Source of the DNA: Eledone cirrhosa
Taxonomy: Eukaryota
Direction: 5' to 3'
Assembly: GCA_964016885.1 (NCBI GenBank)
Contig: OZ024742.1
Location: 27,218,001 to 27,282,000 of the forward strand
DNA: 64,000 nt
In this document: positions 11,061-25,488 of the stretch, piece after piece
How positions within the stretch are numbered: position 1 is the first letter of the stretch
Layout: each line of letters begins with the position of its first letter
Translations under genes and position numbers: made by a program
The notes under the pieces: model-generated
The model's input: the letters and a program-made list of their open reading frames with translations, nothing else
Database searches by the model: none
Told to the model about the DNA's origin: nothing

Positions 11061-11180
11061 TTAAACTAATCAACTATATGCCAAAAATCAACAGACACAT
11101 TCACAAAAAAACAAAAAAACAAAAAAACATACTCACACACACACTTACGCGCAACCATAAACAAACACACAAACACATAT

Positions 11181-11271
<91 letters not shown>

Positions 11272-11534
11272 CACACACATATATATATACACATACACAC
11301 ACACATACACATACATACACACACACACACATATATACACATATCAATACACTCACACACATACATACAAACACAAATATACATGTGTATACATATACAC
11401 ACAAATACATATAGACATATATACATACATATACACAGACACATATACACACACATATATATATATATATATATACATATATATACACATACACACATAC
11501 ATACATACACATATATATACACACACATACGTAT

Positions 11535-11599
<65 letters not shown>

Positions 11600-11787
11600 T
11601 ATACATACACACACATACATATATATATATTTAAAAAAACCATACACACACATATATACATATACACACACATACACACAAACACACACACACATATATA
11701 TACATATACATATATATACATTCATATATATAACCATATACATATATACATATATACACATACAAACACACACACACACACATACAT

Positions 11788-11850
<63 letters not shown>

Positions 11851-11895
11851 TACACACACATACACACACATAAGGAAAACGCACCATACATACAT

Positions 11896-11929
<34 letters not shown>

Positions 11930-11933
11930 ATAT

Positions 11934-12534
11934 GGTGGCTGCCAACTCGTTTTCGAGTACGGCCACTACTTTACATCCATGTAGGATAACCCCTACCGAA
12001 GCGCTGAACGAGTGTGACTTTTTAGTCCAGCCAGCGACTTGAAACCTCTGGTACAAACACTACACCTGTGACAATCATTGACACATAGTGCTAGGCCCAT
12101 GGTAGGACAATTATTGACACATAGTGCTGGGCCCATGTGAGGACAAGTGCAGAGAGATCTCCAGATATAAAGCAATGCCTGTGCCGTGAAGCTTTTATAG
12201 TGAGCAAAGGCACTGCACAAAGCCAGTCCCACTCTCTTAACCAAGATGCTATTTACCAAAAAGAAGAACAAGTCAACATCATTGGATACCATCAGGGTTG
12301 CAGGTGTTATATCAGAGTTTTCCTTCTCCTAGAATTCTGCCTTGACTAAGGCTAAAGGGGTCATCTCTCCCGGTGATTTTGGATGGCCATTGACTCTTAA
12401 GAGCTCCTTTGCCCTTTGACAGGTTTTGTTTTTAGTCCTGCAGGATGTCCAAAGTCACCCTCCTCACCAAGAAACCTTGGTGGGGTTGCCAGTTTAGTCG
12501 CCAACGACCCGACCATGAGACAGGTTGTACTGGG
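11934..12534 (-). mobile_element. RTE-derived non-autonomous retroelement (5'-truncated copy)
   Basis: Highly similar to 40136-40747. The 3' part encodes a C2H2-like remnant ([17 protein letters not shown]) and ends ctcgaaaacgagttggcagccac-(TA)n. Confidence 0.7.
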
Positions 12535-12578
12535 TTGTGTGTATATATGTATATATATATATATATATATACATATAT

Positions 12579-12614
<36 letters not shown>

Positions 12615-12626
12615 ATTCATATATAC

Positions 12627-12657
<31 letters not shown>

Positions 12658-12700
12658 TACACACACCCACAGGTCGATAAAATAAAGTACCAGTAATATA

Positions 12701-12740
<40 letters not shown>

Positions 12741-12891
12741 TATATTACTGGTACTTTATTTTATCGACCTCGTAAGGATGAAAGGTAAAGTTAACCTCAG
12801 TGGGATTTGAACTCAGATCGTAAAGGGATGTAATTATGTTGGGAAGCATGTCCGACCCTCTACCGATACTGCCAGTCCACCTTATCTATCT
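12741..12891 (-). mobile_element. tRNA-derived SINE with Meta-like central domain
   Basis: Reverse complement: tggcagtatcggtagagggtcgga..gagttcaaatccc..cctttcatccttacgaggtcgataaaataaagtaccag. Confidence 0.8.
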
Positions 12892-13064
12892 TATAATAAT
12901 GTCTACTCTGTACTTTGCTCAAGTATGGTGAATGTAGTTGACTATTACTCTTACCTGTCTTAATTGGTAACACGTTATCTCTCTCTCTCTCTCTCTCTCC
13001 CTCTCTCTCTCCCTCTCTCGCTCTCTCTCTCTCTGTATACACAAACACACACACATATATATAT

Positions 13065-13158
13065 AGGGTGTCCCCCTAAAGTTTATACACACCTCAACAG
13101 CATTCTAATCCATATTGCCTGTAGAGCTAATCAAAGTCTGTATACATTTTTTGGGACA
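13065..13158. mobile_element. Tc1/mariner-type MITE
   Basis: Imperfect TIRs agggtgtccccctaaagtttatacac / tgtatacattttttgggaca in a TA context; related shorter copy at about 25490-25554. Confidence 0.6.
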
Positions 13159-14354
13159 TATAATCGTCACAGTGCCTATATTATATTAGTTGCTCTATCT
13201 TCTCATTCTGTCACGATTGTCATGTTTGTTTGTTTTTTTTTATTTTGGTCTGTTGATGTTTATGAATTTCGTTATCAAAAGCTAAATAAAAAATTCTCAT
13301 CGTAACCTATGACATCTGTCACATATGATCTCTCTTAACCTTGTGACGTTTTTCTTCCAGTAGTCTCCACCACACTGTGCAAAATATGTCTTTCATTCTA
13401 TCTCATGCATATTCTAATATTCTAATCTCAATTCACTGTATAAATATTATCTTTGATTTATTTTTTTCCTTTTCTTTTTTCTTCATGTGTCGTGTTTTGT
13501 TTTCCAATATTCCCATGTAATGCCAACTTTCATCATACTTGACAATGAATATTAAACACAGTTAAATGGATGTGGCTCTATCTGACATTTCCTCGTAGAG
13601 TTTAATTATTTCACCTTTACATGTGGCAGAAATGATAGAGTGCCATACTAAATGCTTTACTCTAGTTGCTCATATAACATTATGGTTTGCAGCTTTGGTT
13701 TCAAATCACATTGGGGTGAGACTATCTTATAGCACTTTAGTATCGCTTGAAAACAACAACAGAAAGAGAAAATAACAGAAATTTAAAGCAAGTTTCAAAA
13801 CGAAAAGACCGGAACGTTTTTTTCTCTGAGAGTTTGTTATTCTCTGGCGAAGCAAATTTTAAATCCCGAAATATTAGGACGAAAGAAACAAAAATAAAAT
13901 AGATTACCAGGTAAATATCTGTATCGTTACATTAGTCTTACCGTCCATTTAACATTGCTTAACCTTCTTACATATATCACTTCCTATATTATATATTATA
14001 TGTTATATACAATGCTTCAAGCAAACTAAAATAATTTATTAAAAATTTAAATACTGGCATCGATTTTGTCAGCTGTATTCGGTGAGAATATATTACCTTA
14101 TGCTATGTTCACTAACCTGAGGTTTAAGGGAGGAAGCGGCAAATTAACGGACGCTATTCTTTAGGTTATTTTTATGTATGGATGAACTCGTTGTCCATAC
14201 ATACATTCATGCATAATATATACATATGGCGAGTCTTGGTCACTTTAAACCTAGCAGAGCCTGTCCCTTTGCCAGCTGTGAACACAGCCAATTCCTTCCA
14301 AATTAGAGTAGGGTAGTGAATGATGTAAACATTATAAATAGACAAAATATAGAC

Positions 14355-14815
14355 CCCTGTACTGGATTAGTACTTTTTCATCGACCCCAGAACTTGTTTG
14401 GTACGTTTTTTATCGACCTTGAAAGAATGAAAAGCAAAGGTGACCTCGCTGGGATTTAAAAACGGCGAGTGCAGAAAGTCGGAACAAATACCGCGAAGCA
14501 TTCTATATGACGTTCTAACGACTTTGTCAATATACCGCCATCTCTAGTATTTTTTGGCAACATCATTTTCGTTCTGAGTTCTTACACCAGCGATGTCAAC
14601 ATTGCTTTTCATCTGTTTGATATCGATTAATTGTTTCTACTTTAGGCACAAGGCCAGCAATTACCCAGTGCATTACTGGTACTTTATTTTATCGACCCCG
14701 TAAGGATGAAAGGCAACGTCAACCTCAGCGGGATTTGAACTCAGATCGTAAAGGGACGTAACTATGCTGGAAAGCATGGCGTCCGACCCTCTACCGATAC
14801 TGCCAATCCACCGCC
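14355..14815 (-). mobile_element. Cluster of Meta-like tRNA SINEs (degenerate copy, short plus-strand fragment, near-complete copy at 14633-14815)
   Basis: Repeated ggtactttattttatcgaccc..gatgaaagg..ggatttgaactcag motifs. Confidence 0.75.
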
Positions 14816-14987
14816 CCTCTGTTTGATATCGATTAATGCCAGTTAAATATAGGAGCCTATGTGAACCATTATATCCCTCATTAATATTTGAAAAGTTTAG
14901 AAACCAATGTTAATATTTTGTAGCAAATGACAAAATCATTCAAATGACGGACTAAATCCACTTTAGGGATTGTATTTAGACATAATG

Positions 14988-15824
14988 ATTTCTTTATTAA
15001 CCACAAGGGTTTACATAAAGTAGACATTAAGGACAGTGCAGGACAATACAGGACGGTACAAATGGGCATTTCTGCGTGTAAAGAACAAAAAACAGAGGAT
15101 GTAACAAAAAAATAACAATGAAAAATTCCCCAATAGGGGGGAGACTTCGGAGGGACATTTGTGGAGAAAGCCCAGTAAAAGGCCACAGTGACCCTGACCA
15201 CCAAGGCAAGTGTCCTCTCCCAGTTTTCCACATTTAATTTACAGATACGTACTCAGAGTAGGCCCATTCACTCGGGCCATTCTTGCTTCTCTCACCCATC
15301 TTTCAACAAAATGCTGGGAAGAGAGCACTTCCCTCTCTACCCTGATTTTCCTTTTCAAATGAAATTTGAAAAAGTTAATCAGGGCATCACCGAAGAGGTA
15401 AGTGCTCGTCTTCAGCCCTTTCAAACGTGTCCACCATACTATCTCTTTCGCTATGGCCACCAGACAGATAAAAACTGCCTGCCCTTCCCGGCTAAAGGAA
15501 GAGGGCGTGGCAATCCTCACGATGGACTCAGATGATAGCCGGATCCGTCCTACACGCGACAGCAGGTGTTCGACATAAACCCACAAGTCAGCAATTTTCG
15601 GACACTGGACGAGTGCGTGCAGGACGGTTTCGTCGTCCTGCGCGCATCTCGGACATGCCCGGCTGACGGCACCTCCATGCCTGTAGAGTTTATCCTGAAC
15701 TGGCAAGGCTCCTCGGTAGCACTGCCAGGCCAGAGATTTCTGGAAGTTGTCCATAGGTCCCGGCCCGAAAGTTCTTCCGAAGAGATTGGCTAGTTGATTT
15801 TCGTCGACGCCTAGATTTTCCCCA
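14988..15824 (-). mobile_element. 5'-truncated L1/Tx1-like LINE with a 10-bp target site duplication
   Basis: Flanked by AGACATAATG at 14978-14987 and 15825-15834; AATAAA near the 3' end (14993-14998, minus strand). Confidence 0.8.
15239..15824 (-). pseudogene. LINE ORF2 C-terminus with CCHC (zf-RVT-type) zinc knuckle
   Basis: LAWQCYRGALPV..CPRCAQDDETVLHALVQC..W..IVWWTR pattern typical of L1/Tx1 ORF2 ends. Confidence 0.8.
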
Positions 15825-17247
15825 AGACATAATGCCAAGAGATTTCTGTCTTTATAAGAAACGTATATCCCACAGTCCTTCGTGAGTATGAGGAATGGAG
15901 TAGCTGTAGTAACTGAAATAACATAAAAATGACAAAATACTTCTCTGCTCTATCCTTACGGGTTATTGCTAAAACTTCCCTGGAACAACTGAAAGGTATT
16001 AATGAAAGAATGTATAGAGAGATTGGAGAATGGATAGAAGCGATGGACTTCCAGATTTTCTAAACAATAAATTAATGTAGATTCCAATTTATCACTGTGC
16101 TAGGTCACCAAGTATATTCTGGCTAAGAAATATACTGCTTCATGTTGTAGAACCAGGGGCGTTTTCAGGCATTCTGTTATCAAAATGGTTAAACATGTTG
16201 CTGCAGCATTACGCAACCTACTTCAAAGACTTGAGAGATTCACATAGAGAGATAAATTGATGAGTAGACAGTATTCATATACTGGCTCAAGGATATTGTT
16301 ATATTTCACACCTTGGTGGTACATTTCATTCTTAACTATATCAAATCTCTAGAAACTGCCTTGGATTTATGCCACAAATCTGTTAATTTTAAAATATTTA
16401 TACTTTTATTATATATACATCATAATTTTAGAAATGTTTCTTCTATCAGCTTACCAATATAAAACTTATTATTATCGCTGACTAAAACTTCCTTGTAACG
16501 ACTGAAAAAATAATAAATGTTTCTACTTTTGGCACAAGGCCAGCAATTACCCAGTGTATTACTGGTACTTTATTTTATCGACCCCATAATGAAAAAATAA
16601 TAATGAAAGAAATTTAGATTATGTGTATGGAGTGGTTGGGGAATTTATAAAAGCGATGGACTTCCAGATTTTCTATACTCTACTTTAATGTAGATTTCAA
16701 TTTATCATTGTGCTAGATAAACCAAGTATATTCTGGCTAAGAAATAAAAGCCAAGTCTTTTAGATGCTGTATTTGCCAACACTATAGAGATGTCTATGAT
16801 TAAATAGCCTATGTGATTCGTTAATATAAGAGATATCTCATCTGATCTACAAAAAATCTGCCCCTAACACTAAAATCAGAATAAATGAAACGAGAATAAT
16901 CAAAGAAATATACGTGTTTCGTTTAATGTATGCTTCACTTTATACACCCCGGGCGAAAGAATGGATAAGCCACTCTCTATTTACCAACACAACAAATTGG
17001 TTTTGGTTTTCTAGCTTTTAGGTTTTGTTTAATCTACATATTAATGTGTCTACCATCATATTAATCTTTCAACACCACAAACTGGTCTGGAAATGTCTGT
17101 CTGCTTCAAATAATATACATACATACGCAATTACGTACACACATATATTGATAGACATATACATGACAGGATACATGCATATATATATATATCGTGAGAG
17201 TGTGTATATGTACATATATAAACATATTTTTCTCTATATTTTTATGT

Positions 17248-17296
<49 letters not shown>

Positions 17297-17427
17297 CACA
17301 CACATAGAGATGTAGAGATGTATCTATATGTATATTTACAGACACAGACGCGCATATGTATATGTATACATATAAACATATATTTATGTATGAATGTGCA
17401 TTTATATGCATGTATATATATATATAG

Positions 17428-17461
<34 letters not shown>

Positions 17462-17639
17462 TATATGCGTGTGTATATAATTCTAGGCCTAATTATGCCA
17501 ACGTTTGATTTGTTTCGTTTTAGCTTTCATGTAAAAGGTAATAGATTTGTTTTAAAGTTTATAGTCAACAACTCTATGTAAATCAATGGCCGTGTATTTG
17601 TACAGCGCTTTACAGTCTCCGTAATTAGATCTAAAACGC

Positions 17640-18330
17640 AAATATACACACACAGATACACATATTCACATATACACAAACACACACATAAACAGACTCA
17701 CACATTCACAAATACACACACAGACACATAGACTCACATATACATACACACACACATATAAACGCAGACTCACACATACACACACATTCTCACATACACA
17801 CATACTCACATATACATACAGACACACATAAACGCAGACTCACACATACACACACATTCTCACATACACACACATTCACACAAACTCACATATACATACA
17901 CACACACATAAACGCAGACTCACACATACACACGCATTCTGACATACACACACATACACACATACTCACATATACACAGACACACACATAAACGCAGACT
18001 CAAATGTACACAGACACACACATACATACACACATACATACATATACACAGACATACACATATACACAGACATACTCACATATATACATACTCACATATA
18101 CACATACACACTCATACACAGACACACATATACACATACTCACATATACACAGACACACGCATACACAGCCACACATATATTCACACATATAAACAGACA
18201 CACATATACACAAAATATCATATACATAGTCACACACAAAGACATACACATACACTCTCACATACACATATATGGGCACACTCAAACACGCAGACACACA
18301 CTTACACACATCTGCATACACGCACGAACA
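17640..18330. repeat. CA-rich compound micro/minisatellite
   Basis: Recurring cacacataaacgcagactcacacatacacacacattct unit about every 70-85 bp. Confidence 0.85.
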
Positions 18331-18412
18331 CGAATACGAAAAAAAAACGAATGTTTTATAAAAAGAAAACTTATATAAACTCATTAAAAGCAAATAAACA
18401 AATGTGTAACAC

Positions 18413-18485
18413 ATACATATGTATATATATATATATATATATATACATATGTATATATATATGCATATATATATATATATATATG

Positions 18486-18566
<81 letters not shown>

Positions 18567-18711
18567 GCATATATATATATATATATATATATATTTGTAT
18601 ATATATATATATGCATATATGTATATATATATACATATTGTATATATATACATATATATATGCATATATGTATATATATGCATATATATATATATAGATA
18701 TGTATGTTAGA

Positions 18712-18744
<33 letters not shown>

Positions 18745-18941
18745 GCATATATATATACAAATATATATATATATATATCTATATATATGAATATATATAT
18801 GTATATATACATATATATGCGTATATATGTATATGTATATATATGCATATATATATAGGTATGTATGTATGTATATACATACATATCTATATATATATAT
18901 GCATATATATACATATATGCATATATGTATACATATATATA

Positions 18942-18985
<44 letters not shown>

Positions 18986-19046
18986 TATATGCACATATAT
19001 ATATATATACATAAATACATATATGTATATATATATACATATATGC

Positions 19047-19124
<78 letters not shown>

Positions 19125-19180
19125 CACACACACATATATATATATGTGTGTGTGTGTATATATATGTGTGTAATATATAT
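18413..19180. repeat. (TA)n / (TATG)n microsatellite
   Basis: Seen directly. Confidence 0.95.
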
Positions 19181-19289
19181 AGTCGTCTGCATATACAATG
19201 AAAACAAATGAATTTAGTACAAAGATGAAAGGAGGATCATCTATTTAAAAATATCGTCTTATCACTCCGTAATATGTGTTGCTGTTTGG

Positions 19290-19730
19290 GGCTTTTAGTT
19301 GTTGATGATATTGTTGTTGCTGTTGTTATTGTTGCTGATGTTGTTGTTGTTGTTGTATTGTTGTAGTTTTGTTTTTTATCATCTTTGTTTGTTTTCTTGG
19401 TGTTTTTATTCGTGTTTCATTGCTTCACTTTCTCGTTGACTGGTTTTTATGCATAGAACCTTCCGTAATTGTATAGAGGTGCGTTTATCTATTTAAATTT
19501 CTGTTGGTATTTCTATCAGCAGCAGCAGCGTCGGTATCATCATCATCGTCGTCATCATTATCACCAGCACCTTCGTAATCATCATCATCATCTTCTTCTT
19601 CATAACTAACGCAACCATTATCATAATCATCATCTCCATTATCATCAGCACTATCATGAACATCTTCATGACTACCACAGCCATCATCATCATCACCACC
19701 ACCACCATCATCATCACCAGCAACATCATC

Positions 19731-19762
<32 letters not shown>

Positions 19763-20180
19763 CCCTGTCATAGTCTCATCATTATCAACACTGTCATCAC
19801 CATCATCATCATCATCATCATCCCTGTCATAGTCTCATTAACAACACTCTCATCATCGACCTCATCTTCATCGTCATCACAATCACCACCACCATTATCA
19901 AAATCATCATCATCACGACGACCACAACAACCATCACTATTATTACTACTACGATCACTACTACTACTACTACTTCTACTGTTGCTATTATTCTTGATAT
20001 TCAATAGTAGTAGTAGTAGTAGTAGTAGTAGTAATAGTGGTGGTGGTGGTGGTGGTGGTGGTGGTGGTGGTGGTGGTGGTGGTGGTGGTGGTGGTAGCTG
20101 CGGCGGTGGTGGGGGTGGTAGTAGTGGTGGTGGTCGTAGTAGTAGTAGTAGTGGTAGTGGTAGTGGTAGTGGTAGTAATA

Positions 20181-20220
<40 letters not shown>

Positions 20221-20266
20221 CAGCAGCAGCAGTAGCAGCAGTAGCAGCAGCAGCAGCAGGAGCAGC

Positions 20267-20310
<44 letters not shown>

Positions 20311-20331
20311 CAGCATCAGTAGCAGCAGTAG

Positions 20332-20398
<67 letters not shown>

Positions 20399-20400
20399 TT
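19290..20400. repeat. Trinucleotide mosaic (GTT, CAT, ACT, TAG, TGG, CAG)
   Basis: Seen directly; includes a ~60-bp tandem duplication near 19725-19838. Confidence 0.9.
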
Positions 20401-20814
20401 GTCAATATAGCTGTTGTTATTCTCACCATCGTAGTCGTCATCAACAATATTGCCAATACCATTATCTCTTGTTATTGTTGAAAATGCAGCGAGGCGAAAT
20501 ATTTCCTCCTCACCGTATGCTGTCTTGCCTTTCATCAGCCGTTCCCGTGGGCAACTCGTATGGCGCGTTCTTTTTTTTATCCATCATTTTTTTTTTCTTT
20601 TATTGAGGGTTAAAAAAAGCGTGAAATGTCAAGACAATGGTAGAATGGCGATGACATCATTTTCTTTCCTACATAATTGGCTGCCATTGAAATCTAGCAA
20701 CATTTCCATCCAATTAACAGTACCAACAGAAATAAAGAAGGAGTTTGTGTTGAGAGAAAGGATGAGATATGTGAGATGTTTGGGGTGTTTGTTGTGAGAG
20801 GAAGACACAGCTAG

Positions 20815-21195
20815 AGAGATATTTGAGGGAGGTAAGTTTACCTGTGTGGTAATGGCGGAGGGGGAGATGAATGAAAGTTGCAGGTAGATAGAATATGGGG
20901 GAAAGGGTTGAATGAAAGTTGCAGGTAGGGAGAATTTAGGGGGAGGTAAGTGTACCTTTGTGGATTGGGGCAGGGGTGGAATGAAAGTTGCAGGTAAGGG
21001 AGAAAAAAGGGAAGGTAAGTCTATATTTGTGGATTGGTGGAGGGGTGGATGAAACTTTCAGGTAAGGGAAAATTTGGGGGAGGTGTGTTATTAGGGAGTT
21101 GGTGATGAGTGAAAGGTACAGACAGAGAGAATGGTGGGTGGGTAAGTGTACCAGTGTGGAGTGAGGGGTGGGGAATAAAATTCGCAGGTAATCTC
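20815..21195. repeat. Purine-rich degenerate minisatellite
   Basis: Recurring gaaagttgcaggta / gggaggtaagt motifs. Confidence 0.65.
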
Positions 21196-21461
21196 CTTCA
21201 GATATATTCTTACGGTTTTTCTCATATATATGTGAGAAGATTTTTACCATTCATCCATATATATAGATGTGTGTGTATGTTTGTACATATGTGTGTACGC
21301 GCGGCAGGTGTATATGTATGCATGTCTGGACATATATATATATATATATATACATAAATGAAGTAATTCCATCGGAAAAGTCCAGGAAAAAAGAGTGCTC
21401 TATGTAAGCAACAGAGCTTAATTATTATTATTATGTAATAGACAACATAAGGCAATTATTC

Positions 21462-21515
21462 CATTTACCAGTGGTTTCTTAAAAGCAAAAGGTTTTGCTT
21501 TCAATCCTCAGAATG
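21462..21515 (-). ncRNA. Type I hammerhead ribozyme
   Basis: Reverse complement: catt-CTGAGGA-ttgaaagcaaa acct tttgcttttaa-GAAA-cc act gG-TA-aatg. Confidence 0.85.
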
Positions 21516-21727
21516 AAAAATCCTGGTTTGTTTATTGAATATGGATTCTAAAAACGAAAATGCAATCTATATGAAAGTGAGGCTGGAAAAGGGAGAAGGA
21601 AAGGAAAAATAAAATAAAATAAAACTACACATGCAAACACACACAAAAAAACCCAAAAGCATACTTACACACACACACATATATACACATATAATTTGCA
21701 CGCATACACATATACACATACACATAC

Positions 21728-21782
<55 letters not shown>

Positions 21783-21883
21783 CACATACATACACATATA
21801 TATATATAAAGAGCGTACACCTACACACACATACACATATATATACACACATATACACATACATATATTCATACATACACACG

Positions 21884-21919
<36 letters not shown>

Positions 21920-21941
21920 TATACATACACATGTACATATC

Positions 21942-21981
<40 letters not shown>

Positions 21982-22426
21982 CATATACACACATATACAC
22001 ATATACATACACACACACACACATGTGTGTGTACAAGCCTACACATACACACACACATATATATACACACACATATACATACATTCACACAAACATACAA
22101 CGTACATACATACATACACATACATGAATGCACTCCACTACATATTAACACACGCAAATAAATATAAGAAAAAAATATATAAATAATATTAACAAATATT
22201 TGACAGCGATACATGCCCCAGCTAACAGGACAGACACGCGTGGTAAGTAATACACACATAAGCGCATATACATACGTTCGAAATAGTAAACACATACACA
22301 CACTCTCACACATAAATATACATATACAAATACATAAACACGTACATACACATACATACGCAAACACGTACACGTATACAATATAAACACACACATGTAT
22401 ATGTAATTATATACACACACACACAC

Positions 22427-22469
<43 letters not shown>

Positions 22470-22749
22470 CAAAATATAAAAATATAAACGCACACACACA
22501 TATAAATACGTAAACACACATATACATACATAGCTAAACAATTATACACATGCAAATACGTATATATCAAAAGAACGCACAACCAAATACAAACACACAC
22601 ACATATATACACACACACACACCCACACACAAACCCACACATACATAAAAATAAATAAAAACACACGCAACATATACATACATACACATACATATACATA
22701 TATACATATATACATATACATATATATATATACACATACATATACACAA

Positions 22750-22783
<34 letters not shown>

Positions 22784-22927
22784 ACGTACACATACACACA
22801 TGCATACACATACACACACACATATACATGTGTGTATGTGTAAAGCTCAGTATTAGATAAGACAAATGAACCTTACATAAACGTATATATAGTAGTAAAG
22901 TAATAAAGCCATACAAGGCAATTAATC

Positions 22928-22981
22928 CATTCACCAGAGGTTTCTTAAAAGCAAAAAAAGTTTCCTTCAATCTTCAGAATG
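22928..22981 (-). ncRNA. Hammerhead motif, paralogue of 21462-21515, probably inactive (GUG triplet)
   Basis: Reverse complement: catt-CTGAAGA-ttgaag...cttttaa-GAAA-cctctg-GTG-aatg. Confidence 0.65.
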
Positions 22982-23378
22982 AAATATACAAATATATACA
23001 CACATACAGACACGCACACACACATATATATATATACATATATATATATATATGTACATATATATATATATATATATATACAGACATATATACATACACA
23101 CATATATACACACACATACACATACATACATACATACACATATATATACATACACAAACATACACGTACGCATATACATATATACACACAAAAATACATA
23201 CACATACACATAGGTATGTGAAGGGCAAAACAAAAAGAATATATGGGGTGGGGGGCCTAGAGGAGGTAAAAATATAAAGGGAGGTAAGGGAGAAAAAAAT
23301 ATTTTTTAAAAACAAGAGTACAGAAGGTAGAAGCAGCAAAATAAAAGCCGTAGCAAAAGTAAAGAGCAGAGAAGGAGT

Positions 23379-24700
23379 TCAAGGCGGTTGATTTATCGTA
23401 GGAGTGTCAATCCAGTTACAGATCAGATGCGATTTCAGATGAGGACAGCATCTGAAGATCTCAGTCTTAGAGTTAAGGCAAGCGGAAGTGTCTCTCAAGT
23501 TTAGCAAAATCCTATACTTTTCTGTGGTACACAAAGAACAATTCTTTGTGCCCCTTTGGTACTCCCTCGAATGGTCTAATATAGACCAATCAATAGAGTA
23601 CGGGATATTACTATCCTTGAGATCCCATACCTTACTTGCGAGGGCCGTTGATGTTCGTTTATCTGAGTGTTTAAAAGAAGCGACATGTGAGTAAAATCTG
23701 GTTTTAAACCTGTCCTGGGTCATACCGACATATCGCTCGCTTCTGGCTGGCTGGTTGTTGATAACTGGCGTTATTTTAGCCTCATAAACGACAGATTTTG
23801 TTTTACATTTACCCTGCAATGGGCATTCATCCGGCTTCCTGCAACTGCATCCTGGATTTATCCTCGTACGGTTTGAACTGGTGATTTTGGATTTCATGGA
23901 TGGACAACAAGAGTAGCTGATCTTAACTACATTCCTATTAAAAATCTTATAATATCTATGAATAGGAGGAAAATGTTTGTCTAATAGTTCAAGGAATTTC
24001 CTTCCTACATTAGTTTTGACATTTAGAGAGAAGGGGGGTGTGAACCAAATAATCTTCCTTTTCCTGTTATTATGGTTAGTTTTAGGGGGGGGAATAGGTA
24101 AATAAGAAATATTTTCTGTAAAACCGCTGTTCTTAAGGGCTTTATTATAATAAGGGGCGGCTTTATTAAAAATGTCTATAGACGAAGATAAAGTAGAAAT
24201 CCTACGGCTAATGTTAGGAATAAGATTATTAAAAACTATAGGGGGATGGCAAGACTCTTTGTGTATATACCTAAGATTTTCATTAGGTTTATGATAGGGT
24301 TTAAAAGAGGCAGTAAGTAGATCAAGATTAATATCAAGAAAGTTAGCATTAGTAAGGTTCGTATCTATAGTAATTTTAAGGTTAAGATTAGCAAAGGTAC
24401 TAATTAAATCTTTACGGAATTTATCAAGATTATGGCCATTGGTGGTATGAGAAACTGCTAATCCGTCATCACGGTATAAACCGATATTATGGGACGGAAA
24501 TTTCTCTTTGAGTGTGTGGAGAAGGAATAATCCTACTAAGTCGCACACATCCGCACTGTCATAAGAACCCATTGCAACATCGAAAGAGTTTTCAGGGTTT
24601 GACTTTTTAACCCAAATCTTATCATTAGTAAAAAGTAAAGTTTTTCTGGCATGAAAGATAATGTCCTCTTCTAATTTGGAGATATTAATACATATATTAG
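23379..24700 (-). CDS. 5'-truncated PLE RT plus GIY-YIG endonuclease, Hydra-like clade (element C)
   Basis: VAMGSYDSADVCDLVG, GLYRDDGL, FLDI, YHKPN, HPP, CSCRKPDECPLQGKC, VVYEA..YVGMT..FKTRFYSH, CSLC, CCPH; open over 440 codons. Confidence 0.9.
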
Positions 24701-24836
24701 AATATATTAGATATACATACATATATTAGAAAAGTAAATAACAACAAACAGTACAGTTGCGAAAGGTGTTAGATGTATGCATGTGTGTGCATTTATATAT
24801 ATATATATATATATATATACACGCATACATATATAC

Positions 24837-24876
<40 letters not shown>

Positions 24877-24965
24877 GGGGGGGGGGGTAACCAGCAACCC
24901 ATTTATCTAACTATCTCTCTAACAATATATCTAATTATCTGCCAATCTATCTATCTATCTATTTG

Positions 24966-25017
<52 letters not shown>

Positions 25018-25440
25018 CAAATCTATCTACCTAGCTAGCTAGTAGCTACTGGCTTACTTATCAATCTATCCACCTATCTATCCTTCTAACTCACTATCTA
25101 TCAATTCATTCATCTCTCCATCTCTCTATCTCTCTATCTGTATGTCTATTTATTTATCTAACTCCCTCCCTACCTCCCTCCCTACCACTTTCCTATTTAC
25201 CTGTCTTTTTTATCCCTCTACCTATTCATCTATCTGTATTCCACATCGTTAAACACATACATCCAGCAAGAATGTCGTCGGATGAGAGAACAAATTCAGA
25301 GCCCCCATGTCGTATGACAGTAATTTAACAACGACGACAGTAACAAAATCTACACGAATAATACCCACCATTGCAATAATCACTGAGCAAATAAAAAGCA
25401 AACGATGTTAGCATGTATATATATATATGTATACTTTTTT

Positions 25441-25488
<48 letters not shown>

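Noticed and set aside
16091-16260. Short frame containing VVEPGAF, resembling an SDR motif
   Set aside because: No other family motifs or clear splice context.
19493-20535. Poly-M, poly-L/P and poly-S/G ORFs
   Set aside because: Trinucleotide repeat artefacts, open on both strands with no domain content.
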